Assembly: GCF_018977255.1 (NCBI RefSeq) | Contig: NW_024704752.1 | Coordinates: 6,076,001-6,140,000 of the forward strand | DNA: 64,000 nucleotides | Reading direction: 5' to 3' | Source of the DNA: Callorhinchus milii | Taxonomy: Eukaryota | Shown: piece after piece, positions 37,760-49,224 of the stretch | How positions within the stretch are numbered: the first letter of the stretch is position 1 | Layout of the letters: every line of letters starts with the position of its first letter | Program-made: the position numbers and the translations under genes | Notes under the pieces: generated by a model | The model's input: the letters and a program-made list of their open reading frames with translations, nothing else | What the model was told of the DNA's origin: nothing | The model's database searches: none

Positions 37760-38492
37760 CGCTGTATCACCATCCATGGTTGTACACTCCATCTTGCTAA
37801 GACAGTCCGGAACCTTAGGGTCTTGTTCGACCCTCAACTATCCTTTCTACCCCACATTCGCACCATGACCCGCTCTACCTTCCCCCACCTCCGCGAAATC
37901 ACTCGGCTCCGCCACTGTCTCACACCACAGGCCGCTGAAATCCTCATACTTCATTACAGTGAGGCTTGACTATACAAACTCACTGCTTGTCGGCCTCCCC
38001 AACTCCTCCCTCCACAGGCTGCAGATCATCCAGAACTCTGCAGCCTGTGTCCTCTCCTGCACTAGCTTCTGTGACCCTATCACCCCCATCCTTGCCCAAC
38101 TCCACTGGCTTTTCATCACACAGAGGATACAGTTCAAGATCCTGGTCCTTACCTTCAAAGCCTTACATGGTCTTGCTCCCCCCTACCTCTCCGACCTCCT
38201 AACCCCCTACCATCCTGTTTGCTCCCTCCGCTCAGTGGGCTCCAGCCTGCTTCACGTTCCCCGCCTTGTTCACCCCACTATCGGCAGGCGGGCCCCCCGC
38301 CTCGCCCCCTCCCTCGCCACCTTCAAAACCCACCTCAAGACCCTCCTCCTCGACCGTGCTTTCGATCTCCTGTTTCCACCCTGCCCCCCCCACTCCGACC
38401 CTCAGCTCTGGTCGGTAATTCTTTCTACCCAGTGCCTTGGGACGGCCTCTCAACATGAAAGGCGCTATATAAATGTAATTTTGTTGTTGTTG
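37760..38492 (+). mobile_element. L2 LINE, 5'-truncated
   Basis: RLDYTNSLLVGLP..LQIIQNSAA..PITPILAQLHWL..RIQFKILVLTFKALHGLAPPYLSDLL, then stem-loop tail and (GTT)n. Confidence 0.95.
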
Positions 38493-38689
38493 TCTTTCAT
38501 TACCTCCTGCCTACCCCACTTTCTTCCACCTCAACTTTGCAAATTCTCCTTTGTGAAAGCGGCTACATGACAGGAAGTTGTTGTAACATTAGGAAACTGC
38601 TCTTTAGTAGAAATTAAAACAGTCGATGCTTACAGTAGACACCAAATATCACTTCACCCCAGTATCTGTGATGTGAGATACAGCAAACA

Positions 38690-38935
38690 CAACTGGAATG
38701 GGTTATCAGGAAGGGTTGTTGAAGCTCGGATGCTGGACTGATTTAAGAAACTGTTCAATGCTACAATGGGAGGATGATAGGGCTAGTATTCTAGAAGGAA
38801 TCCAAAGAATAATACTTGCATTTGATATAGCGCCTTTCACATTGGGAGGATGTCTTAAACTGATTAAGACTATTTTGCAGACAATGAGATTATTTGGGAT
38901 GAAGGGCCTTCTTCATCTAAACCTCTCTTGTAATC
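38690..38935 (+). mobile_element. CR1 3' end interrupted by a SINE tail (-, ~38808-38860)
   Basis: AACTGGAATGGGTTATCAGG..GATGAAGGGCCTTCTTCATCTAAACCTCTCTTGTAATC. Confidence 0.75.
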
Positions 38936-39654
38936 TGTCACATTTAAGGCAAAGGAAGTCGAAGTTGGATTGACCAATGTGTTGCGCAAGAGAACAGAGC
39001 TTCTGTCAATGTCGGGCTCATGATCCTCTGAGCTAATGTACGAAAAGTCACAGTGCATTGCTGATTTAGGTGACGCATCCTTATCAACTTAGGTGTCACT
39101 GGTCCTGCAAAGTTACCTGAAACACAGCACCATCTGCCAGGATGTTTCGTACTATCCCACTATCAAGTAGCATTTAAAAAGAGAAGTGCCATATCATAAT
39201 AAATAAAATCATCAGCAAAGTGTCGGTGCAGAAGCTACACCACTGTCTGTGGGCAAATTGCAACAGCTTGTGGCTCCTATAATTAGATTTTTCTCCAAGT
39301 GGTAATTTGCAAATCTGTAAAGTTTTGTAACCAGTATAGGAATACTAATCTGTGCTGGCACGCCTCCGCTTAAAACACTTACTGGGATAACCCAAGCTCA
39401 ATTTTTAGCCCACGTTCCACAGAATGCCTGATTGAAAACATCAGATTTCTTAGCGAATGCGGCAGATAAAGACAGCAATGTCTCTCCCTGTGTCTGAGTG
39501 TATGAGAGACGAATAGAGCTTCACTTGAAAGATCTCATGATAAATTACAGATCTGAATAAGAAGCTGGTTCCTGAGAGGTGTGATGTCAGGGCGTCAGAC
39601 TGGGAGGGAGAAGATAAGGGAGCAATAATTATCATTATAATAATAATCCAAGTC

Positions 39655-40225
39655 AATATATTTTTGTTAGATCAGGGTATCAAGGGATATGGAGCAAAGG
39701 CAGGTAAATGGAGTTGAGGTACAGATCAACCATGATCTAATACAATGGTGGACCAGGCTCAAGGACTGAATGACTGACTCCTTTTCTTATGTTTATAAGG
39801 TAACAGAATGCAAGGATAAAGCCAAATGGTAGGCTATAAGGATGTTTTACTTTGTCAGGTCACCACACTTGGAACAATGCTTTCAGTTTCAATTTTCACA
39901 CACCAAAAACATTAGTATTATTCGGAAAGATGAAAAAAAACTGATGCCAAATGTAAAGGTTGGAAGTGATTTAAAAAGATTAGAGAAAATTTCAGCTTTA
40001 GAGTAAAGAAAGAACACAGTTAAGGGAATGATCATCAAAGTATATAAAATATTGAACAGTATTGAGTATTACTTCAAAGTAAAGCAAAAAAGTAGGACCG
40101 GAGGACATAAAAGAAGTTAGTTGGAATTAAATTCGGAATAGCTATAAGGAAAATCTCTTTACTCAAAGAGCTTTGATGGTTTCAAATAATTTACCAAGAC
40201 AGGACATTGAAGCAAATTTAATCTG
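39655..40225 (+). mobile_element. Two CR1 fragments (3'UTR 39655-39795; ORF2 end 39800-40225)
   Basis: GGGATATGGAGCAAAGGCAGGTAAATGGAGTTGAGGTACAGATCA, and the RSPHLEQCFQF..RTGGHK motifs. Confidence 0.8.
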
Positions 40226-40244
40226 GGTGATGGGAGCGTTCTCA

Positions 40245-40420
40245 CAGATGTGCTTGCGTATATGTGCGTGAGTGTGTGTGCGCATGTGAGTATTTGTACA
40301 CACACAAATATGCTTATCATCCCTTGTATTGTTGGTACATTGTGCTTATGGGTGCATATATTTATGTTTATACATCTGTGCGTTTGTATTTGTGCATAAG
40401 TGTATGTGTGTGTGCATTGT
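40245..40420. repeat. Degenerate (TG)n/(TA)n microsatellite region
   Basis: Direct inspection. Confidence 0.8.
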
Positions 40421-40579
40421 GAGAATACCCGAAAATATTCAATCACAAGCGACAAAGCTGTCAAAATGCTATTTTTTATACATTATTCTTTTGTAAGGGG
40501 ACTGATTAACAGTGCATTTGGTAATGTATTTCCTGTGTTCAATTTTTTTATAATAATAACCCTTGCATTTCATATAGCT

Positions 40580-41432
40580 CCCTCTTGGTGACATCGTCCC
40601 CAGACATGGGGTCAATTTCCACATGTCTGCCGGTGACACCCAACTCTATCTCCACCCTCCACTCCAGGACCACTGCTGTCCTGACAGAATGTATGTCAGA
40701 CATCAAGTCCTGAATGAGAGCTAATTTTCTACAGTTGAACGTCAACAAGACCGAGGCCCTCCTGATTGGCTTCCATCAGCGCCTCCTCACCTCAGGCACT
40801 GACAGCATCACCAGCCAAGGACGCACACTCCACCTAAGCCGGTCCGGATCCTTGGAGTTTTGTTTGACCCTCAATTCCCTTTGTACCCCACATCCATGCC
40901 ATGTCCCGTGCTGCCTTCCCCCGCCTCTGCAACATTGCCTGGTTCCACCACTGTCTCACACCACAAGCCTCTGAGACCCTCATAGATGCATTCATGACAT
41001 CCAGGCTTAGGCTCGATTATGCAAACTCCCTGCTTGTCGTCCTCCGAAACTCCTCCCTCCATAGGCTGCAGATCATACAGAACTCCATTTCCTCTCCCGC
41101 ACCAGGCTCCACGACCCCATCATCCCCACCCTCGCGCAACTCCACTGGTTTCCCATCATACAGAGGATACAGTTCAAGGCAGGCGGGCCTTCTGCCACTC
41201 TGCCCACACCCTCTGGAACTCCATCCCGCAGTTCCTCCGCCTCGCCTCCTCCCTTGCCTCTTTCAAGACCCATCCCAAGACCCTCCTCTTCGACCGTGCC
41301 TTCGGTCACCCTCCTATCCTCCTTCCCCCCCACCCACCCTGCTCTCCAAACTCCCCAAGCCCGACACCCAACTTGGGTTCGAAACACTGATTGTCCAGCG
41401 TCTTAGGACGTCCTCCTGACATGAAAGGCGCT
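40580..41432 (+). mobile_element. L2 LINE, 5'-truncated with internal deletions
   Basis: NFLQLNVNKTEALLIG, RLDYANSLL, LWNSIPQFLRLASSLASFKTHPKTLLF, and tail GCGTCTTAGGACGTCCTCCTGACATGAAAGGCGC. Confidence 0.95.
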
Positions 41433-42344
41433 GGGTATATTATACAGACAATCCACTTTACAGGATATCCTGTTAAGCGCTTTGAGATGTCTCTATGATG
41501 TGGTAAGGCCCTCTATCAAATGCGAGGATTTATTTATTTATTATTTTACCAGGGATTTATGCTAAACAGATTGTAAGAACCTACCATTGCATAGGGAGAG
41601 AAAGTTACACGTTATGTGCTCAGACATTGCAGGCAATGTTGTTTGCGAACAATAATCATAATAATCCTTGCATTTGATATAGAGTATTATCACATTGTTG
41701 AGTCATCTAAAGGCACTCCACAGAATATATTGTAAAGTTTATTTGTGGGCGAAATGCGGCAGCCAACTGGAGAAGCATTGTTCACGAACTGAATTGCTTC
41801 TATTCGCTGTACGTCCCAGCAAGGATTACAGGTCAGCAATGGTTGACAAAAATCCAGTGTCAAAACTTGTTACATTCGAATTGAATGAATGAGACACTTA
41901 TAAATCCCCACCCATTGAAAATCAGAGTCAGAAATCTGTAAAAAGGCAGAGTACATAAAGCGTGTGCTATCATCAGAGAGATCACGGTGGGCAAATGGGT
42001 TTATTGCAATTCAAAGGTCATTAAGGGAATAGATTTGCTTTATTAAGTCATTATGGCTTTAGCAGATTTTTTTTCCTCCAGCTGAAACCTTTCAGAAGCA
42101 TCAAAGCAAAAGAAAATCATAAAGCATTCTCACTAATGCCCTCGGATACTTACACAGAAAAACAACATATTTGTTCTGCTGTCATTTCAGGGGGATAAAA
42201 AGTAACCAATCATTTTCAAATATCCTGAGTGACACAAGATGAATTAATCAAGTGCAGGTAATTTAACCAGTTGCTATGTTTTCAGGCTATCTCAAGTCCC
42301 ATCAATAATAAATCCAATGCTATGAGTCTCATGGCCTAACCACC

Positions 42345-42405
42345 AATCTATGACCAAATATATTTACAAATATATTTACAATATATTTAATATATTTACA
42401 ATAAA
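42345..42405. repeat. Short tandem repeat (AAATATATTTAC)-like, about 4 copies
   Basis: Direct inspection. Confidence 0.85.
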
Positions 42406-43423
42406 TAAGTGTTACAAAATAGAAAAACAATATCCCTTGGTGATCACAGATTACCAGACAAGATAGCCCATCAACGCTGAATTTAAAAGAGTTTCCAGTT
42501 TCTTTTTTGTTCAAAAGTATTTCTTTTCCTGCTTCTCTTTAGAGCTGTTCTGAAATCTACCATAAAAATACTAAGTTTTCAGGTCGAAAGTCTGACATAA
42601 CTGAAAGTTCATCATTTTTCTTCCAAATGTTATTTAAAAGTTTGGCAGGAATCGATATACTTGCGGCTGTGCTAATATGTCAGCCAGAGTCCATTTTTGC
42701 TTTCAATGGTGATAGTTTACCATTGAATTTTTTTAAAAATTGTTTTCACTCGTGAGGTCGCCTTTCACACATCACTGAGGGATCAAGATGGGCGGATAAA
42801 TTGAAATGGGCATCACAAAAGAGATATGCGGTAATCTTTTAAATGTTTCCCCTTCTCCCTCTCTGGGAAGTGCTTCACCCGCACATCATCTGAATAAATT
42901 TGCCACAAACACACAACCAATTCCAAACTATCACTGTACGTAACATAAACCGTCAAAATCAAGAGACGTAAGAGTGGTATACACACTAGCTGAATAAGTG
43001 GAGCTGAATAGCAATGAGAAACAAATTGTATATGTAGCCTGGATCAAATTAAACTCTATTGGTTCTAGTGTTTAAGACTTTGGTGAAGGAAGATTTTAAG
43101 CGTATGTTCTCCAGTATACAACATACTCCTGAGCTATATTGTACCTCATCACGTCATTGGAAGGTCTCAAAGTGCATCATAGGGATTTACTTTAAAGTGT
43201 AGGGACTGTATTTGTAGGTGAACCATCCAATGTTAGCACATTATTAAAGCATTCCTTTAATGATGGAACCACCAAATAAAACTGTAAAACAGATTTGATG
43301 GGCTGTGTTTACTCCTCTCGGGTGCTATTTTGGATTCCTGATCCTGATGATTCTAGTGCCCGGAGTCCTGCGGTCTATGCAGAATGGGTTGACCACCTGT
43401 CATACCTGGAAGCAACTCATTAT

Positions 43424-43770
43424 ATAATAATAATCCTTGCATTTGATATAGAGCTTATCACATCTTTGAGACGTCTCATAGCACTTCACAGAATATACTG
43501 TAAAGTGAATTGACTATCTTCTGTGGGCAAAATGCAGCAGCCAATTGGACACAGCAGTGTTCCACAAACAGTCGTGGATTGAAGTGAACAATTTATTACT
43601 ATTTTTTTAAAGGAATTATTACCCACGCAATCCGCCAACCGACTAATAAACGGGTAAACAGAGGCGCGTGGAGTAAGGAAACTTGCCCAACATTTCACCC
43701 TGTTGGGAATCAAACTCAAGTTTCTCGCTTGCAAGGCGAGTGCTCTAACCACTGAGCTACAGGACTCCAC
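43424..43770 (-). mobile_element. SINE family A, full length, intermediate subfamily
   Basis: Head GTGGAGTCCTGTAGCTCAGTGGTTAGAGCACTCGCCTTGCAAGCGAG through to the (ATT)n tail. Confidence 0.95.
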
Positions 43771-43938
43771 CATTATGGTGAGAAACGTGACCTGGTTCTA
43801 GATTTTAAACAGCCAGCATTTAGCCAATTCTTCAAAACGGCCTTAATTTTGAGTCTGTTTTTCCATAAGTTTCTTTTAAGAACTACCAAAAAAAACTTCA
43901 AAGTTAAAACTGTATGTGGCAGTTTGCCAAATTCTGAA

Positions 43939-44714
43939 TTGGCCTTACTTTAAAGCCTGTCTTAGCTCCACGGCAGACAGAAATGAAAGCAAAAGAAGCC
44001 AGGAAAGTGCCACGGTTTTACTACAAGGTCCAAAATTTTATTTCAGAACTAAGGTAAAATTTCTCCCCATATCATGTGTGTTATTCTATGGCCCATCATT
44101 AAAGACAGGCGATGAAACAGAACTTGTCTGTATTAATTGAGCTCTCTTTTGTCCCAGGAGTGATATAAACTGAACACAGATCTGTTTCCGAGCAAAATCA
44201 TGGAGGGAAAACACTTATCATTAAAGGAATGCTTTTTCACTTGAATATACAGGTAGTATATAACATGAGCATAGCTGTCAACATGGAAGCCAAATTTCAG
44301 GATCTAGCCAGAAGTCTTTAGGCTCATATATTTGAACCAATTCTGTGTGTTGACAGACTTGATCATGAAGAACACAAGAGAGATGAATACTGGCTGATGG
44401 GGGTAAGTGTCAAGAGATATGCTTTACAAATGAAGCTCGTATATATTTCACTCAGTTTGATATACTTTGAAGAATTGGCAGACGTCTGCTCTTGCGGACT
44501 TGGCATGGGTCAGGTATAATGTGAATCACTCCACCACCAAATATTTCCACAGAAAGAGATTTGGCCACTTGAAGTAGTGGTTTTGTTGTATCAAAACATC
44601 TGGTGGTCTCAAGCACACCTTGGAGAACAGCCATGGCACTTTCCTGGCTCATTCTACTTTTAGACAACATTTCTGTCTGTCGTGGAATAATGCCAGACTT
44701 TAAACTAGGGCCAA
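43939..44714. repeat. Inverted duplication 3 (arms 43939-44029 and 44617-44714)
   Basis: Shared CAGACAGAAATG and AGCCAGGAAAGTGCCA blocks in opposite orientation. Spacer ~590 bp. Confidence 0.9.
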
Positions 44715-45510
44715 ATAAGGGTGTAAATGCCAATGATGCTGGGCTATTGCTCCCCAGTGAAACAGCCTCAGTGTGAGCTAAGAATGTCAGGCAGGCATTC
44801 AGCCAAGATCCCATTGATGTATGCTATGGGTAGCCCTGTGTTTATTCACTGACGGAGCCAGTCAGTTTTCAGAAAAGTTAGAAATGTCAATTGATTTATT
44901 TTTCTGCTCTTTAAAAAAAGAACTTCTCGTCAGAGGATAGCTAATCTATAGATCTGAATTAGGTAATCCTAGCAATACACCCATAGATGTAAAGCAAAAA
45001 GAAATGTAAACATTCAATCCCGTTTGATCTCAAGTTGTTCTCTGTTGGTTATGGACAAACCAGCAGATGTTCTGATATCCCTTCATTCCAAATGAGTGTG
45101 TTAAATAGTGAGGCAATGCTACATTACACTCCTTGGCAAAGGAACACAGCTGGAAGGTTGCACTGGATCGGTGAGCCTCAAGATATGCACTAAGCTCTTT
45201 GCTGACTTTTCCCAAGCGTCTGTTAAGTTATTGTATCCCACCTGTGTTTAAGCTACCTGCACCTACTTCAGCTCACTCAGACACATTGGCCAGTGGATGT
45301 GAGAAACTGATTGATGGCTAGTGGCGCATACTTCAAGGTACTTTGGGGACGTAAAGAACAGATTAAGGGGAATGTGAGTGGCATAGCAGTGCTTCACTCA
45401 CCAGCAACACATTTTATAACAGAATAGGATCAATAATGTGTGATAGCAGATTTATGTTTTGATTGGTTTGCCAAGTCAACAGTTTTAATAATAATCCTTG
45501 CATTTGATAT

Positions 45511-45928
45511 GCAGCAACAAGATTCCATTTATAGAGCGCCTTTCACGTCGGGAGGATGTCCCAAGGCGCTGTACAGTTGGGTCAGGACCCGAGCAGGGGG
45601 GAAATGGTCAGGGTGAGGGGAGGGAAGGGAGGGAGCGAGGAGGGGGTAGAGAGTCGAGCTGAAGGCACGGTCAAAGAGAAAGGTCTTGAGACCGGCCTTG
45701 AAGGAGGAAAGGAAGGAGGCAAGGCGAAGGCACTGGGGGATAGAGTTCCAGCGTCTCGGGGCTGAGAGGCTGAAGGCCCGGCCACCGATGGTAGGGTGGT
45801 TGGGGCGGGGGATGTGGAGCAGACCGGAGCCAGAGGAACGGAGGGTATGGGCAGGTAGGTAGGGGGATAGTAGGTCAGAGAGGTAGGAGGGAGCAAGGCC
45901 GTGAATGAGGATGAGGATCTTGAATTCG
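45511..45928 (-). mobile_element. L2 3' end inserted into a SINE tail
   Basis: The host reads CCTTGCATTTGATAT|AGCGCCTTATCACG when the insert is removed. Confidence 0.92.
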
Positions 45929-46199
45929 AGCGCCTTATCACGTCCGGTTTACAGGGTAAAAATGTACATGAACAACAATTGTGATGCTGCTATTTGCCAA
46001 TCTCATTGCACATCCCAAAGAAGGGAAATGTATGCAAACCCATCTTAATAGACTGAGGGAATACTTTGAAACATTTAACATTTTTTTCTAATGTGAGGAG
46101 CATGTCTTGGCAAATGCCCACAGATCCTGGCACAGGTACTGAATCCATCAGCAGTATGTTCGCACTCACTTACAGAGTGCTCGAAAACAAGAGCAGCAT

Positions 46200-46570
46200 C
46201 ACTCCTGGCTCAGACCTGAGAACATATCGATTGAGAACAGAGACTTCACTGCACTCTGTCATCTTGCTAGGATTCATACAGATCACGCATTCATTCTTCA
46301 TTCTTGGGAGTCCCATCTGCCTCATCGGGTGGATGTTAAAGATGCCAATGCTACGATATTGAAAAGAGAATGGAATCTCTTCCATGGTCCTAGCCAACAA
46401 TCCCTCAGGTAAAATTGTTCATTCACTTCACAGCCATGTGTCGGATATTGCTCAGCGCTAAATGGCTTCTACAAATACACAATCACTACACTTTACAATA
46501 AATCCTGTGAAGCACTTTGAGATGTCTCCCTGATGTAATTAAGCATTTGATCATATGCAAGGATTATTTT
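46200..46570 (+). mobile_element. SINE family B, old
   Basis: GGTGGATGTTAAAGATGCCAATG..GAAAGAGAATGG..tail. Confidence 0.8.
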
Positions 46571-47070
46571 TATGTTTCCTAATACAGTCACTACATTTTA
46601 CAGAAACTGTTGCGAAGTGCTGTGAGATGTTCTCAACAATATTGGTGTTTTAAAAGATTATTACTGCACGGAAGCTGAAAGAGAAAATTGTATTACCTAT
46701 CCTTCACTACCACTGAAGACCATCTGAAAGTTGTATTGTTTTTGATTATGAATCTCTTTAATTGGGATTCTATGAGTTCCATTTTACCTTCATTTAAAGC
46801 AATGAAACATAAATGCTCAAAACATAATTATGGTACTTTGGTTTCTCATCTCTTCTTTGTGTGATCCAACCTTATTATGTCCTTGAATGGTGATTCTTTT
46901 GCTGTAATCTTTCCTGTAAAGATACTTGACCAGTATCCAAGTTTACTTGAGCAACTGCATGCTAGGCTGGGGAGGTGGGGGAGGGGGGGATAGGAAGGGA
47001 GATGAGGCAACAAGCTGAGAGATGGAAGAAGAAACGGTAAAACAATGCCTTGAATACCAATGGAGTAACC

Positions 47071-47399
47071 AGTGGAGTCCGGTAGCTCAGTGGTTAGAGC
47101 ACTCGCTTTGCAAGTGAGAGACCTGAGTTCAATTCCAGGCAGAGGGCGAAACCTTGGGCAAGTTTCCTTACTCCACACAGAGCCTAATAATAATCCCTCC
47201 AAAACTAAAAACAATAAGTAAATTGGTCATTTTCAATCTACGACTGTTTGTGGGACATTGCTGTGCGCAATTGGCTGCCGCATTTGCCCACAGATATACA
47301 GTCAATTCACTTTACAGTGTGTTCTGTGAAGCGCTTTGGGACGTCCTCCCGACGTGAAAAGCGCTATACCAAATGCAAGGATTATTATTATTATTATTA
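47071..47399 (+). mobile_element. SINE family A, full length, young short subfamily (tRNA-Ala-like head)
   Basis: A-box TAGCTCAGTGG, anticodon-like arm CTCGC-TTTGCAA-GTGAG (TGC), B-box GAGTTCAATTCC, CCTTGGGCAAGT, Deu-like 3' block, L2 stem-loop and (ATT)n. Confidence 0.97.
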
Positions 47400-49224
47400 A
47401 GACGGCATTAGGGATTAGATTACAAAGTGAGCTAGGATACTATTCACTGTTCTTTAGGATAATTTCAATCCCCTATCTAGCAGTACTGGTCTGCAATCAT
47501 AAAATTGTAGTTCAGCATTAATAGACAGAAAATTGCAAATCTCATTGAGAGAACACATTAGCGTGACTATTGCAAGAAATATAAATGTCACACCTGGTCC
47601 GGTATGGAACAAAGAGGTGGGTTAGGATGGAATAATGACTAGCTGTGAGAGATTTCCGCTTTATCCACTCTTTATAATGCTCAACCTGAGAGTGCTTGAT
47701 GTTGCTATAATGGTACAGGTAGATACTGATGTGTTCCATTCTCAGCAATGACCTTTATTCATCCGTTTTCAGCAGCAAAGCAACGACTCCCCCCCAACCC
47801 CCAAATTAAAATAAATCAAAAGGCACGGCAGTGAGGCATATCATTATTTCTGTATACAAAGGAAAAATCTGCTACCAAATGAGAACTTGCGTCTTTTACC
47901 AACAGGCTAATGCACCGGCTTTAATTCAAACTGAATCTAAATTAATTACATTCTTATTCAATCAGCATCGCATTAGACCCACTGAATATCTTTAAATATG
48001 TTTCTTGAATTAGAATCAAATGACATCACATGCACAGGGATGATATATGGGACGCCTCATTCAGTACAGGACACGTTAGTGAAAGTGGTCCGTACAAATC
48101 AAAATCAGTCAAAACCTTAAGTGTGTAAAGAGCTGGTGACTGACTGACATCTTGACACTGCGATTATGCTTTTTACTACCACAGACACTTAACACATTGA
48201 GAGGCTAAACTCACATTCTTCAAGACACAAGCCAAGCATGTCTATCAGTACAAGGCTAGGCTCCTGGTTACTAGGGGATGTGAGAAAGAATCTCTTAAGA
48301 AATTTGGGAAAGAATTCAGCTTAAGAAAGGGATTCTACCAGAAATTTGCTGCAGCTATTAGACTCCTGGGAAAAAAAACTTCAGGATTCTGACAAGACAG
48401 CAAACAAAAGCACGAGGAGTAATAGGTTATATGGAGACAGTTCTCCTAGACTAGTCAGATGGAATCTGCGGTAATTGGAAATCCTCCCATTCGAAGGTCT
48501 CCATAGTCCTGCAGCCTAACCATTGTCTTTGCTTGTTACAGCTATGAAAGATTGTTGCAGTCAGGGTTACGGGTGATCATTGTTCAAGAGAAATGACTTT
48601 ACATTCTCTCGTTGCCCACAAAGTGAAAGGTTGACCCTTACCGAGCGCGTTAATTCCTGCTTTGTTAATAAACACCCCCACGGTAATCACGATTGACGTT
48701 TCCACCCAGTCAACAGGTCAGATTTGTTTTTTGCGAGGTACGGATTTTAAGCTATTGAAGGGGAAAAGAGAGAGGTCTGTGTTTAATTAAAGTCAACTGT
48801 CCTATGTCATTTGGGATTAAATAGATCCTTCAATGTTCAGTGCCGTCACTACTTGCAGATAGTTTATTTTGTTTTCCTATTAAAATTAATTAAAAGGGGA
48901 ATAAATACAATTACTACACTTCACAATAAATCCTGTGAAGTGTTTTGATACATCCTTCCTGATGTGAGAGAGATTATATCAATATGAGGTTTATTATTAA
49001 CATATTAACAGAACCTCCTCTTCCCACTGAAAACCCTGTTTAAGGAAGAACATAGGGATTTTCACTCCATGGTTTGTCACTAACCAAACCTCAGGTTGGC
49101 TTAGCACGAACATCCTGTCTTGACTTAAAGGTGTGCAATTCAACAAATTTAGCATATTGCACTCTGTGGCACAACACCAATATTATTCCAGTTTTTTCTA
49201 AATGATATAAAATTAAACTACTGA

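Noticed and set aside
45125-45176. LGKGTQLE followed by GTGAG, resembling an antigen-receptor J segment
   Set aside because: No F/W at the FGxG position, no heptamer/nonamer RSS upstream, and no cluster of similar segments.
46968-47000. G-quadruplex-like G-run tract
   Set aside because: Low-complexity purine tract like several others (5570, 60350), with no supporting context.
47071-47147. tRNA-Ala gene
   Set aside because: The acceptor stem does not pair, and the sequence runs directly into a SINE body repeated many times in the window.
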